A DNA stretch of 64,000 nt from an uncultured Nitrospiraceae bacterium (GCA_963846575.1 CAWJWJ010000002.1:2656001-2720000), one strand, 5' to 3'; positions 44,434-55,719 are shown, counted from the first letter of the stretch. Translations and numbers: made by a program. The notes: a model not told the origin generated them from the sequence alone.

Positions 44434-46098
44434 TCATATTGATTCCGCCTGCCGGCTCGGCAGAACACGGTACCATCGATAGCCGTACGGCTCCAGGTGC
44501 ATGATCGGATCGATCTGCCGGTTCTCGGAATCGCTGGACAAAAGACACACCAGGTTGCTCTGCGGCTCTTGGATCACCCGGACCCTGCAGGATTTATCCC
44601 CCAGATTGTGCAGAGCGATCACTCGATGGCCCTGCCATTCGGCCTGGTGTCCCAGCACCGTGGGTTCGCCTGTCTCGAACGGACTGACTTTTCCGGCTCC
44701 CCATTCGGGGCATTGTCGCCGTGTCTGCAGAAGACGGGTCGTCCAGTTCAATAGTGACTCGGGATCCCGTTGTTGATCCGCCACGTTCACGCAGGCGTAG
44801 CGGAACGTCCCTGCATCGATCGGCGGCAATGGCAGCGACCCGGTGGGAGCGCTGGAGAAGCCACCATGGATGTCCGACGACCATTGCATCGGAGTTCGCA
44901 CGGCATTGCGTCCGGGCAAGGACAAGTTTTCGCCCATTCCAATTTCGTCCCCATAGATGATCATCGGGGCGCCGGGCATGGAACAAAGCAGACTGAGTGC
45001 GAGTTCGACCCTCGGCCTGGCTCCGAGCATGGGGGCCAAGCGGCGACGGATACCCCGCCCGAAGATGAGCATGTCCGGCTCGGGCGCAAACGCCTTGAAG
45101 ACGAGGTCCCGCTCGCTATCGCTGAGTCGCTCCAAATCCAACTCATCGAGATTCCGAAGAAAGTTCACGAAACGTCCGGTTTCCGGCACGGGGGGCAACA
45201 GGCGCAGGGCCCGGATGACGGGCTCGGCTCGCTCGGTCGCCAGTGCGAGGTACAGGTAGTTGGTCAGCATAAAATTATAGAGGAGGTGCAGTTCGTCCCC
45301 GCTACCGAAGAACGCGCCCAGCTCACCGGGATCGACGTCCGCCTCGCCTAACAGCACCGCGTCCGGACGCCGGTCGGAGGTGTAGGCACGCAGTTCGCGG
45401 AGAATCGCATGCGGGTCGTGAATGGCGGGACGTGTGTCGCGTTCAAGCGGTGATTGGATCATATGAGACACGGCATCGACTCGGAATCCGGCAATGCCGA
45501 AGGACAACCAATAATCGATGACGCGTTTGATTTCTTCGCGCACGTCCGGATTCCACACGTCGAGGTCCGGTTCGAAGTGATAAAACTGGTGATAGTAGTA
45601 TTGACCGGCCAATTCGTCGAACCGCCACACGGTCTGCTCTTCGCCTGGAAATATGTTCTGGTGAGCCGGATCGGTCGGTGGCGGCGCATCGGTCCAAATG
45701 AAATAGCGCCGATAGCGGGAATGCCGGTCGTGCCTGGCAGCCTGAAACCAGGGATGTTGGTCAGAGGTATGGTCCATGACCAGGTCGATCATGACCCGTA
45801 TCCCTCTCTCGCCGGCTTTGCGAATGAAGGCTACAAAGTCTTGAAGAGTCCCCAGCCTGGCATCTATCCCGAAGTAGTCTTTCACATCGTACCCATTATC
45901 CCCATCGGGCGTTGGAAAGAAGGGAAGTAACCAGACGCATGTGATTCCGAGATCGACAAGGTAATCCACTCGCGAACAGAGACCGGGGAAATCGCCGATT
46001 CCATCGCCGTTCGAATCCTGAAATGTCGAGACGTCGACACCGTAGAATACGGCGTTGGCATACCACGGTTCTTTCGGCATCCGTCGGGCGGAGCACAT
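44434..46098 (-). CDS. GH13 trehalose-synthase (TreS)-like protein
   Basis: DNGYDVKDY, GFRVDAV, FLRNLDELDL, GIRRRLAPML, RNAVRTPMQW; GGAGG RBS. Confidence 0.9.
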   Translation of the reverse strand: MCSARRMPKEPWYANAVFYGVDVSTFQDSNGDGIGDFPGLCSRVDYLVDLGITCVWLLPFFPTPDGDNGYDVKDYFGIDARLGTLQDFVAFIRKAGERGIRVMIDLVMDHTSDQHPWFQAARHDRHSRYRRYFIWTDAPPPTDPAHQNIFPGEEQTVWRFDELAGQYYYHQFYHFEPDLDVWNPDVREEIKRVIDYWLSFGIAGFRVDAVSHMIQSPLERDTRPAIHDPHAILRELRAYTSDRRPDAVLLGEADVDPGELGAFFGSGDELHLLYNFMLTNYLYLALATERAEPVIRALRLLPPVPETGRFVNFLRNLDELDLERLSDSERDLVFKAFAPEPDMLIFGRGIRRRLAPMLGARPRVELALSLLCSMPGAPMIIYGDEIGMGENLSLPGRNAVRTPMQWSSDIHGGFSSAPTGSLPLPPIDAGTFRYACVNVADQQRDPESLLNWTTRLLQTRRQCPEWGAGKVSPFETGEPTVLGHQAEWQGHRVIALHNLGDKSCRVRVIQEPQSNLVCLLSSDSENRQIDPIMHLEPYGYRWYRVLPSRQAESI

Positions 46099-46407
46099 AG
46101 GAGACCTCCAAGAGTGGGCGGAACTGTATGCGACGCGGCGTGAGGGCGGCAAACGGCGACTCGGTTGCGTCCCGGATCCTCCTACCTCCCAACATTTCGC
46201 AATGAACGAAGCGTGATCGCCGGCCGGGATTAAAGGACATTGTCTCCCGGCGCAGGACTGAAGCTCGCTTCACGGATCTATCCCGCTCGACCCTGCAGGG
46301 CAGCAGAGCTATCCGGATCCCCCCCGTATCTGCATGGCTGCAGATTCACAAAACCGCGGTTGAAAACGTGTTGAAACTACGATATCGAATCACCTCTTCC
46401 CTTGGGC

Positions 46408-46530
46408 CTAGGAAGATCCATAGGGTGCAGGAGCCCCCCGAGCCATGCCGTCGCGAACGGCTCCTGACAAAACACAGGGCTCAGGCAGTTCTTGGAGATT
46501 GTCCATGCGACCGCTTAGAGCAATGCCTAG
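46408..46530. promoter_or_regulatory. Two TAGG-N6-CCTAG-type boxes between divergent genes
   Basis: CTAGGAAGATCCATAG (46408-46423) and TTAGAGCAATGCCTAG (46515-46530). Confidence 0.5.
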
Positions 46531-46637
46531 TCCCTCAGGTTGCCGCAAGCCCGTAAACTACCTCTCGGGAAGATTTGTTCCAGGGCAGACCTGGCAGGAC
46601 AAGATACCTCAAAAAAACACAGGAGAAACGGTGGCCT

Positions 46638-47540
46638 ATGAAGACTCTTGGTCAAGTCGGATTGTTCCCGGTCATTCGCCGTGCTGGTGGATTGCTCATC
46701 GTTCTTTTTTTAACCGGTACTTATCCGGCCGGGCTCTCGGCAGGGGAAGCTCTTGGTCCGGAAGCCACAGTGCGCCTTATCGTCGAGGCCAATGCCGCCA
46801 GGGACCTCGCGACGCTGTCCCGGTACATGTCCCACGATGCAGATGCGGTGGGGTACACCGTAGACGGACATAAATATGTTGGATGGCCTGTGCTCGAGGC
46901 CGAAATGCGAGCCGAGTTTCAGTCGGTGCACAAACTGGAGCTTCCCATCACCTACCTGCAGGTGTGGCAGAAGGGCGACCTGGCCTGGTTCGCGATGGAA
47001 TTGGACTACATCCGCTACTTCAGTGCGGTGGATCCGACTCAACGGATGGTACTGCCCCTACGAGAAACGGGCGTTCTGGAACGGCGTGACGGCCACTGGG
47101 TGCTGGTCGCCTGGCATGAATCCGGTCGACAACCCGATACCGGCCTCGGCAGCGCACTGACGGCCTCCACGACGGTGACCGATCGGCACGACGTCGTGCA
47201 GGCGGATCTTCCTGGGGTGAGCGGCGAGTGGGACATTACCGAGGTGGAGGACAATAAGCATTACCGCGCAACCCTCGATGCACAGGGCAACGGCCCCTAC
47301 ACATGGCAGGGAGGACGGATCGTGACCACAGAACTGCACGGGAGGCGTTGGCGAGGGACCTGGGCGCAGCCGGGGAACGACCGCGAAGGAGGCTTTGAAG
47401 TCGTCCTGTCGGAGGACGGGACGGAAGCGAAGGGGATCTGGTGGTACACGCGGGTCGGAATGAAGGACAATATTCCGCCCCGGCAGCATGGCGGCACCTA
47501 CGTGTGGACTCGCCATATGCCGTCCACCACGTCCCAATAG
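46638..47540 (+). CDS. Exported SnoaL/NTF2-like domain protein with a C-terminal beta-barrel-like domain
   Basis: AGGAG RBS, hydrophobic leader, RETGVLERRDGHWVLVAWHES, Trp/Gly-rich C-terminal domain. Confidence 0.85.
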   Translation: MKTLGQVGLFPVIRRAGGLLIVLFLTGTYPAGLSAGEALGPEATVRLIVEANAARDLATLSRYMSHDADAVGYTVDGHKYVGWPVLEAEMRAEFQSVHKLELPITYLQVWQKGDLAWFAMELDYIRYFSAVDPTQRMVLPLRETGVLERRDGHWVLVAWHESGRQPDTGLGSALTASTTVTDRHDVVQADLPGVSGEWDITEVEDNKHYRATLDAQGNGPYTWQGGRIVTTELHGRRWRGTWAQPGNDREGGFEVVLSEDGTEAKGIWWYTRVGMKDNIPPRQHGGTYVWTRHMPSTTSQ

Positions 47541-47853
47541 GAACCTGTGCCAGTACGGTGTAGACAATGAACCGGTTGGATCGAGTATCGGGGGGGTGAA
47601 GGCACATCCCGCTAAGCGGAGGGAGAGGTCGAACGGCCTGGATGGGCGCAACCGGATCCGCAGCCTTCACCCCTTATGGCAACATCCAAGGCGAGGCCAC
47701 CGGCCCTTCGGAGGCTCTTCAGTAAGACTCGGTGACGCACCGTTGGCCGAGGTCTCTTACTGTCATCTCTGTGATCAGAGTGACGGCGGTCTCATTTTCC
47801 TGCCTGAGCCAGAAAAGGTCGTTGGGCTCGCGCTCCGATCTTGCGCCTCGGGC

Positions 47854-49479
47854 TCACTTCTTTCCCTTGCCTTCGAGTCCCGGCAGCACCGCATCGAAGA
47901 ATGCATTTTGAAAGAGAGTGACGACGACCTCCCACGTACTCGCTTGCGGATTTTCCACGGGCCCCGACACCTCCGCCTTCGTCGCCACCTCTCCCCGGGG
48001 AGTATTTTCAAGCACGTCAGAGGCCAGGTTGATCGTCTTTTCAAAGATCTTCTCCAAGAAGCCTTTGTCCTGATCCTGCTCGGGATCGTAGGCCTGGACA
48101 TCCTTGAAGAGAGGCTTGAGATACCCGCGCGCCCTGCCCTCGTTGACTGTGATTTCGCTATAGACTGAAAACACTCCCGTCGTCACATCCATCCCGCCGT
48201 AGGCCCGCAATAATGGGTTCAGAGACTTCGCTTGGGTATTGATAATCTTCACACTCAGATCAAAGTCCGGGGATTTTGTCTCCGGCCTGAACGCCCCTGT
48301 GATCCGGGTCGCCCCGCTACCCATCAGGAGACCGTTCAGTGTAACCCGAGCCGTCCCTTCAGAGAGCTGATTGCTCCAGTTCTCCAATTCGAGATCGGTC
48401 TTCGTGATAAATATCCGGTAGGGAGGGTTGCTCGCTCTATTGACGAGGCCGAACTCGCTATTCTCGATCTTCCCATGATCGATTTTTAGGACGAGCGTGG
48501 GATGATTCGTTGCGCGCCCGGCGGTGTGCGCCACCTTCCTGGCCGTTTTTTTCACCTTTTTTTCCGTCTTGGCTGAGTGGATAAAATCAGCCGTGACCTC
48601 TTGCAGCCTCAGGGTGCGGAGTTGCACCACTTGCACGGTCGGGGCATGTTCTACATGCCCCGTGGCGGACAACCGTCCCTTCGACAGGTGGACCTGGTGT
48701 TGGGCCGTGAGCGGTAACAGCTGCGCAAGCTCGATGTCGGTGAGCGTCAGATCGGCGTTAACCGCCATCGTCGGCTCGGCAAAAAAGTCGGCCTGGCCGT
48801 CTAATTGAAACCGCCCGCTGTCAAAGATCACCGCCTCGACATGCAGATCTGAGGGATACTGCTGAGGCTTTGAGCGCACGTTGCGGATATTGTCCACGGT
48901 TACACTCAGGTCCGTGATATGGATTGGTTGAGCGGTCGCGTTTTCCCGGTAGGTCACATCCCCGTGCGTCACGCGGACTTCGTTGAGTTGGACCTGCTGC
49001 ATGGCGAACAGGGCTTCCTGCCAACTCCGTTTCTTCGCGGGTGAGTCTTCGACTTCCCTGGCTGCCTGGGGGCGCGTCAGGTGAATCACCGGACGATCGA
49101 TCCATTGGTCGCTCACGAGACGGCCACGCAATAACGCACTCCACTGAATGCTGGCCTGTATCTGCGCGACGGAGGCGATCGGCGGTTCCGGATGCTTCTT
49201 TTGCCGCACAACCACATCCTTGATATCAACGGCGAAACTGAGCGGATGCAAATCGAGCGCCCCGATGCTGAAGGTATAGACAGGGATTCGCCGGTTCAGC
49301 TCATCTTCCACATAGGCACGCAGGGGGCCATCGATGAAGAACAACGCCACGCCGGCGAGCAGGATGAGGCCCAAGGGGAGTGCAGCAATCCACCACCAGA
49401 ATCGTCGAGAGGGCGCGGGAGCTGCACGGTCAGAAGGTGTGTCCGGACGGATGGCTGTCGACGTCACCGGCGCCGCCAT
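47854..49479 (-). CDS. DUF748/AsmA-like membrane-anchored protein
   Basis: Single N-terminal TM helix, long beta-rich body, GYLKPLFKD, LFQNAF tail. Confidence 0.85.
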   Translation of the reverse strand: MAAPVTSTAIRPDTPSDRAAPAPSRRFWWWIAALPLGLILLAGVALFFIDGPLRAYVEDELNRRIPVYTFSIGALDLHPLSFAVDIKDVVVRQKKHPEPPIASVAQIQASIQWSALLRGRLVSDQWIDRPVIHLTRPQAAREVEDSPAKKRSWQEALFAMQQVQLNEVRVTHGDVTYRENATAQPIHITDLSVTVDNIRNVRSKPQQYPSDLHVEAVIFDSGRFQLDGQADFFAEPTMAVNADLTLTDIELAQLLPLTAQHQVHLSKGRLSATGHVEHAPTVQVVQLRTLRLQEVTADFIHSAKTEKKVKKTARKVAHTAGRATNHPTLVLKIDHGKIENSEFGLVNRASNPPYRIFITKTDLELENWSNQLSEGTARVTLNGLLMGSGATRITGAFRPETKSPDFDLSVKIINTQAKSLNPLLRAYGGMDVTTGVFSVYSEITVNEGRARGYLKPLFKDVQAYDPEQDQDKGFLEKIFEKTINLASDVLENTPRGEVATKAEVSGPVENPQASTWEVVVTLFQNAFFDAVLPGLEGKGKK

Positions 49480-49712
49480 CGTGAAGATGGAACATTCATA
49501 ACCAAATTCTAGTTGGGCGGTCGAGCGCAAGAACACTGGGTAGAGCCCTTGCGCATTAGGCTGCTGGGTGGCATTCCCCGAGTGCCGTCACGCGCACTGG
49601 GGCTTTACCGAGTTATACGACCATTCTCAGCCGTGCCACCATGAAGACGTCGTTTGGCCATGGTCGGCTCTCCACCAAGGCCTGGACTTTAGAGGCTACC
49701 CTCCGTCGAGCC

Positions 49713-49766
49713 ACAAGAGGGAGGCAAATACAGAGGCACACTACAAGAGCGAGGCAAAAATAGAGG
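49713..49766. repeat. Tandem 24-bp direct repeat, period 30 bp
   Basis: ACAAGAGGGAGGCAAATACAGAGG / ACAAGAGCGAGGCAAAAATAGAGG. Confidence 0.75.
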
Positions 49767-49852
49767 GCTCTCAATTAGTCAACGAAGTGAATGAATGGAA
49801 CAGCGGATCGCTGACTGGATCTCCGGGACCGGAGGGCGTCCCAAAACGCCAG

Positions 49853-49867
49853 TGGCCTTTGAGTTGC
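49853..49867 (+). promoter_or_regulatory. sigma54 -24/-12 promoter
   Basis: TGGCCTTTGAGTTGC with GG-N10-GC spacing, 44 nt before ATG 49912. Confidence 0.65.
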
Positions 49868-49911
49868 CTCGGACAAGTTGCGAGATTACGACATACAGAA
49901 AGGAGGCCCAC

Positions 49912-50130
49912 ATGCCCTGTCATCGCTGCCAGAGTCTCATGTTCCCGATTGACCTGTTGGACGGATCCGGCGGGCTCGTACACCAATGCGACACCGCCTG
50001 GCGCTGCTTCGCATGCGGCGACATCATCGACGACGTCATCGCGGAAAACCGTGCTCGCACGGCACGCGGGGACATCGACGAGAGGAGCCCCGCACCGCGA
50101 CCTCGCAAGCTCGTGGGCGCGAGCCGCTAA
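49912..50130 (+). CDS. Small CxxC..CxxC zinc-ribbon protein
   Basis: AAGGAGG RBS; MPCHRCQSLM..WRCFACGDIIDDVIAENR. Confidence 0.85.
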   Translation: MPCHRCQSLMFPIDLLDGSGGLVHQCDTAWRCFACGDIIDDVIAENRARTARGDIDERSPAPRPRKLVGASR

Positions 50131-50382
50131 TCGGCCCCTTCCCACTCCTGAATCCACCGCTACTCTCAGGACGTTTGTCGAACCGGCTTCGCCGGACGTG
50201 ATGGATGTCCTTGCGGATGATAGAACGAGTGACTCGGCCTGCGATATTCGTGCTGGGTCCGTCTTGCGATCTCGCGCAGCCGTGGTCCAGCGCGTAACCC
50301 AGCACACTGATTCATTATGCGACGGGACGAGGGGATTAATAGGTACCGAACCCGGCGCAACAATCGGGGGAAGGATATCTCA

Positions 50383-50577
50383 ATGGAGACCAAACGAGGA
50401 GGACACAAGGGGACGAGCATCGGACGCCATGAAGAGAGCAGTGCTCCGGCGGGTGCTGTCCGAGATCCACACGCGCCGGAAAAAGCGTCGAATGAGGAAG
50501 ACAGGTCGTCACGACATGACGGCAAAACGGGTGACAATATCGGAAGGGGAAAAAGTGGTGCCCGGACCGATCAATGA
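50383..50577 (+). CDS. Small hydrophilic, probably disordered protein
   Basis: GAAGGA RBS; 64 aa rich in G/R/K/D/E/S. Confidence 0.6.
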   Translation: METKRGGHKGTSIGRHEESSAPAGAVRDPHAPEKASNEEDRSSRHDGKTGDNIGRGKSGARTDQ

Positions 50578-50826
50578 CTACATCTGACCGTCACCTGTTG
50601 ACCAAAACGTCATCCTTCTCGTGTGAAGAGTCACACATGCTCAGTTTGCGGTATTGCCGCTCACCAGCCTGCGAAGCTGGCCGCCTGCGAAGCCCATTTT
50701 CACACCCAGGCCGGCGCGCCATTCTACTCGGCGGCCTTCCAGATCCGGAAACCCAGACCGTTCCCTACAGTCTTCGCCATTCTCCACGTGCTCAGCTTGT
50801 GAGTCCATCACGACGTCAAGCGGTCG

Positions 50827-51943
50827 TCATAGGATTAGATCAATTCCACCCAGACCAGAGAGAACGGGCACAGTGATGGTGGCCCTGGTCCCCATGGTAG
50901 GCTGGGACGCAATCTCGAGTCATCGGTCTCAGGCGTTGTTGCATGCTCGAGAGGCCGAATCCAAGGTCAGTGCGGGCCGCTCGGAATGTCGCATCCCATC
51001 CCTTCCCGTGATCCTGGACGATCACGCGAAGCATGTCCGGCCCCCGTTCCAGCGTCACGAAGGCCTCGCGGGTTTGGGCGTGTTTTAATACATTAAACAG
51101 GAGTTCGCGCACACATCTCAGGATAGTCATCGCGGTGGCTTCAGCGACTACGACCGCTTGGCCGGGCCCCTCCACCACGACCGTGAGCCCATGGTCCCGC
51201 ATGCGATCGCACAGCCACCGAAGTGCGATGTCAAGCCGCCCACCCTCTAACTCCGGCGGCAGTAGATCTGACATGAGTGACCGCGTGTAGCGGAGGCACT
51301 GTTCCAGCACCGAATCGATTTCGTTCACCGTTTCCTCGGCAGGACGGTGTCGTTGTTGGCGGAGTTTCATCCGGGCGACGGCGAGCAGTTGGGCCAGATC
51401 ATCGTGCAGACTCTGGGCCAGATTTTTCCGTTCGTGCTCCTGTATAGTTCTCAATTGATCGGTCAAACGACGGATCTCTTCCTGGGCATTCTGAACAATC
51501 GGAAACTCGTGATCAGGCCGGCTTATGTCCCGTAAGAGGTGCCGATATTCTTCTTGTCGCCGATGCAACCGTAATAAGGCCTGCACAGAGGCCAGAAACT
51601 CTTGCGGGGCCACGGGCTCGTTCAGGTAGGAATCCGCACACTCCAGGCCCAGCGCGTGATCATGACCGGACCTGAAGTAAGCGGATATCTGCAGTACCAG
51701 GATGATGGCCGTCTCTGGGTCCTGCCGGAGTTGCTGACAGACGTTACGCCCCGAGATGTCGGGTAGCTTCACATCGAGGATGATAAGAGCGGGGTGCTCG
51801 CTGCGTGCCAGATCCAGTGCCTCTGACCCGGTGCTCGCGTCGAGCACGCGATGGCCGGCCCGCTCAAGAACTTTACCCCGGGCATAACGAATACCGTCAT
51901 TGTCATCGACGTTCAGAATCGTGCAGGCAGGTGCAGTTATCAT
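50827..51943 (-). CDS. Hybrid receiver-histidine kinase (HisKA_3, NarX/UhpB type); frameshift near 50920
   Basis: ILNVDDN, LDVKLPD, LHDDLAQ, ELLFNVLKHA, DHGKG, GFGL; the tail LEIASQPTMGTRATITVP lies in another frame. Confidence 0.88.
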
Positions 51944-51959
51944 GTGCGACTTTCTTCGG

Positions 51960-52454
51960 GCCTCGACTTCGCTGCCGGTGCGGACCACTCGGCCAACGGT
52001 TTCCTCCAGATCAACGCTGGGTATTCTGCCATCGCTACCGTGGCTCACATATCTCCCGAAGCCAATTGCTTCCTCCCAGCCCGGGCGCACCGCGACGCCC
52101 AACTCCCCCAGACGTCCTTCAAGCTTGGACTGCATCACCGGGAGATCCGAGGCTTGGTGACGCAGTATCCTCAACTGCGGCGACGTCTCGCCGCTTGTCG
52201 TGTCGACAAACCGGCTTTCAATGGTGATCGGTCATGCGGGAATCCTGCAATCTCAACATGGATCTTGTCATGTGTCGCGTGCGGAACTTCGGAAAAGAGA
52301 GGTCTTCAAGACTTCGTGTAATCGCCTGGCTCAGCAAGAGTTGCTCGATCGCCGTCCGAGGGGTCCGCAAGGGTTCACGGGTCATCGCCCAACCGACTGA
52401 CAGAGCTGGTAGAGCGACGAGAGCTGTTGCGGCCTTCCAATTGCGAGACGTCAT
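51960..52454 (-). pseudogene. Decayed lipoprotein gene (DUF6655-like)
   Basis: Signal-like leader with SVGW at the expected lipobox, then RTPRTAIEQLLLSQAITRSL; the frame breaks afterwards. Confidence 0.5.
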
Positions 52455-52891
52455 GTGATCAGGGTGACCGCAGAGCTGCTGGAACCTTTCTCCGAGAATC
52501 GAAACATTTGACTGTAAGTCAAAGCAGCCATGCGTGGCCGACTGTCTACGGAAACTGGTTCAGACGAGCATGTCCCGCTCATCCGCGAGAAGTGGTGAGC
52601 CTCCCGGTCCGGTCCATGCCGTTATAAAGAAGATTGGGAGCATGAGGCCCAGCCGCCGGTGGATTGGAGTACCGCTACGAGTAGGTGGCATCTGATGACG
52701 CGCTCTCTCCATTTCCGGATCTTCTCTGAAGAGCACACATCGTTATTCATCCGCGGGGTGCCGGCCCGGAGGCAAGCGACGCCAACAGTGTTGCCGTCGC
52801 TTGCTCCCTCCGACTGCGTCCTCCGGCACCTGAATGTCCGCAGCCACTACCCCCTAGGCGGGGCGATCGTCCCCCGCGCTCCATCATCTCT

Positions 52892-53593
52892 TCAGTGCCC
52901 TGGTTTCTGAGATGCGGTTCCTTTTCCCTTCTGGGAACCGGAAGAGGTTTTACTGAGTTTCTGAATCGTGGTCGCCTTCCCATGATCCGCACCTTCTATC
53001 TGCACGTGATCGCCCTCCTTGAAGTGACAATCCCCGATCTGAAAGCCGGAACCCCGCGCTAAATCCTCTTTCGCCTTGTGGTCCGTCGAGCCGACCACTT
53101 CCTTATGCTTACTAGGGTCTTTTGAAATCTCACCGCTCCTTCCCTGAGGGTCCTGACGCAGTTGTTCCATCATTTGCTTTTCCGTAGGCGGCGGTCCCCC
53201 CTTCCCGGCTTGCTCCTTCATGAACGGCGTCGGCGGAATCTCCTGATGTTCCTTGCCACTTTCGATGCCCGAGGTCACCTTCGAACCGGATCCGTCGGTG
53301 CAGACCTGATTCGTGTCTTTCGTGACGCGCAAGGTGACGTCCTGGCCGCGATCGCCATGCACCGTGTACTCTTCGCCGGAAATTTTCGTGATGACACCCT
53401 CGATGATCTCCGGACCGCCGAGGATGACGTTCGAGGATTTACTTTGGCCCGACAGCCCATGCCCTTGCTGCCCCTTTTGATCGGTCGTTTCTCCCTTGGC
53501 CGTACCCTCCGCCGCGTTCACGCTCACGGCGCCGCAAAAGCCTGCGAGCACAAGAACGGATATGGTCGATAATCTTCTCCGGATGCTTCGCAT
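52892..53593 (-). CDS. Exported hydrophilic hypothetical protein
   Basis: GAGGAGG RBS, signal peptide ending VNA, small beta domain with a Cys pair. Confidence 0.8.
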   Translation of the reverse strand: MRSIRRRLSTISVLVLAGFCGAVSVNAAEGTAKGETTDQKGQQGHGLSGQSKSSNVILGGPEIIEGVITKISGEEYTVHGDRGQDVTLRVTKDTNQVCTDGSGSKVTSGIESGKEHQEIPPTPFMKEQAGKGGPPPTEKQMMEQLRQDPQGRSGEISKDPSKHKEVVGSTDHKAKEDLARGSGFQIGDCHFKEGDHVQIEGADHGKATTIQKLSKTSSGSQKGKGTASQKPGH

Positions 53594-54021
53594 ATGTGAC
53601 CTCCTCATGGTTGTCGTTAGCGCACCTAATAGAGCGGATTATAGGATTCTGCGGGAGGCGAAAAGACTGGTCATGCCCCTAGTCTTTTGGACGGTCTCTT
53701 CGGGGATCACTAGGAGACAGAAGGATGCCGGCAGCTGGACCGTATCCGCTGACTGTCAGCGGGAAGACGCGATGGAATCGGGCGGTTCGAAGCGGACGAA
53801 ATCATACAGTCCGAACGCTGCAGACCAGCACGTGACCGGGGCTCAGAGACCGGTGTGAAAATGAATGGTCTACAAAACTTCTTTCAGGTGGCCTGACCCC
53901 GTCCACTGCATCACAATTCTGCCGAGCACGCGCCATCATTCGAATGATGGACGGAGGGGGCTGCGAGAACTACCTATCCGGAACTGAAGACCGATACTTG
54001 GATGAATCCCAGGTTCGGCGA

Positions 54022-54591
54022 TCAGCCTTTCATGTACAGCACCTGTGTCACCTCAGCGACGCTCTCCACGAGATCGGATTGATTGCTCACGACCTGATCA
54101 TGTCGTTGTAGGCCGCTGGGATCCGATCCAAGACGCCGGCACGCTTTCGGCATTCCAGTCAAAGGTGCGTTTAGCCTGCCCGCGGGACATCCACGGTCCC
54201 GCGCCATGAGCGCACCACTCAGAGACTTCCTGGTTCCCGCCGCCGCGCACAAGATAGGAGCGACTGCCCATCGATCCTGAAATGGTGCCCATTTCGCCTT
54301 GTCGCGCCCGGACAGGGCCCTTCCGCGTCACAATGACTTGATGAACGACGTGCGTTCTCGTTCAGTGCCATCATGATGGCAATTCACTTCCATCACCGGA
54401 GCGATAACTCCTCGCACCCAGGGCAGTACGGTGCTCGTCGCCCGCAACAGGCGCGGCATCATGACGTCCCGGTTCATAAAGGCATATTCCTGGACCCGTT
54501 GCAGGTCGTTCGATAGGCATCGAACGATCGATGAGCGGCACGTCCACAAGCCAGGGCTCTCCCCAGCTACCGCCTCCCTGACCTGGTGCAC
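54022..54591 (-). pseudogene. rtcB: RtcB RNA ligase relic (C-terminal half)
   Basis: YAFMNRDVMM, EVNCHHD, VTRKGPVRARQGEMGTISGSMGSRSYLVRG, CAHGAG..MSR, NQSDLVE..QVLYMKG*, with frameshifts, deletions and substitutions. Confidence 0.85.
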
Positions 54592-54636
54592 TAAGCTAGC
54601 ACTGAACTCGACACTCCTTCTTCGTCACGCGTACAG

Positions 54637-55164
54637 GTGAGTGTGCAGGCGAATCAGAACACGCGATCTCTCTTCTTTGGGCTGCTAGTGGTCTGCCTGT
54701 CCGTGGGATGCTCCAATGTCAATGTCCTCCGTCTCACCTCCGAGACGTTTCCGCCTCGCTCGATCGAGGAGGTGGCAATCTTGAGCGAAGTCCCGCCCGA
54801 CCAACATACCCGAATCGCGGAGCTCACCGAGACATCCTCCTCCGGTGTCGATTCCCTTCAGCGACATATTCTGAAAAAAGCGGCTCAATTGGGAGCGGAT
54901 GCGGTCATCTTTTCGGTACCTCACACCCGTTCCGAACAGCGCGTAGACTATCAGCCGGTGTATAGCCCCTGGGGCTACTATGCGCCGTATTACTATGGAC
55001 CCGGTCCCTACGGATATTCGAGACCCTGGGGCTACTCCTACAGCGCATTTGGAGCGTTCGGAGGGTACCGCCGGTATGCAGCCGTCCCCTACTCAGTCCG
55101 GGTCACGACCCTAAAGGGTGTAGCGATCAGATATCGCGGGTCGCCTGGAGAGCCCGCACCATAA
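54637..55164 (+). CDS. Lipoprotein with Tyr/Pro/Gly-rich segment
   Basis: Lipobox SVGC, KAAQLGADAVI, YSPWGYYAPYYYGPG. Confidence 0.8.
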   Translation: MSVQANQNTRSLFFGLLVVCLSVGCSNVNVLRLTSETFPPRSIEEVAILSEVPPDQHTRIAELTETSSSGVDSLQRHILKKAAQLGADAVIFSVPHTRSEQRVDYQPVYSPWGYYAPYYYGPGPYGYSRPWGYSYSAFGAFGGYRRYAAVPYSVRVTTLKGVAIRYRGSPGEPAP

Positions 55165-55179
55165 AAGGGAGGAGACATC

Positions 55180-55656
55180 GTGAACCGACACATGCAGGCA
55201 CTGGCGGGTATCGGACTGTGGGCATTGGCAGGATGCAGCCATGCGCCCGCCGTACACCAGGAGCGGCACCCGGTGGATCCCGTCATGGACATGTTGCACC
55301 GAGGCATCCTCGACTTGGAGGAAAACGTTCAGGAACTCAACGAACGCATCGCCGAACTGCAACAACTGCCCCCGGCGCAGGATCCCACCGTCCAGGAGTT
55401 GCGGACGCTCGATCTCGCGGGGTGGCACCTCCATCAGCAGCAGTGGTTGCTGCAACGTGAGCGGCTCTTCCTGGCGGTGCATCAGATTCAACAAGCTCAG
55501 GCACACCCGCCTCAGCGCGCCGATCTCTGGACGCAGTGGACATCACGACAGCAGGAATTCATGACCGCACTTGAGAACCTTCGCGCGCAACGGAATACCC
55601 TGGAACAGAAACGACTCGCGGTGGAATCCCGGCTGCTGGAGCGGTATTTCAAGTAA
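55180..55656 (+). CDS. Coiled-coil lipoprotein
   Basis: GGAGGAG RBS, lipobox LAGC, heptad-rich helices. Confidence 0.8.
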   Translation: MNRHMQALAGIGLWALAGCSHAPAVHQERHPVDPVMDMLHRGILDLEENVQELNERIAELQQLPPAQDPTVQELRTLDLAGWHLHQQQWLLQRERLFLAVHQIQQAQAHPPQRADLWTQWTSRQQEFMTALENLRAQRNTLEQKRLAVESRLLERYFK

Positions 55657-55719
55657 GGTCCGTTCAGCAACGGCTTTACCTCCCGGATAGATCCACTCAG
55701 GGCACAGAGCCCATACAAT

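Noticed and set aside
49713..49766. CRISPR array or iteron
   Set aside because: Only two units with a 6-nt gap; no cas or rep gene.
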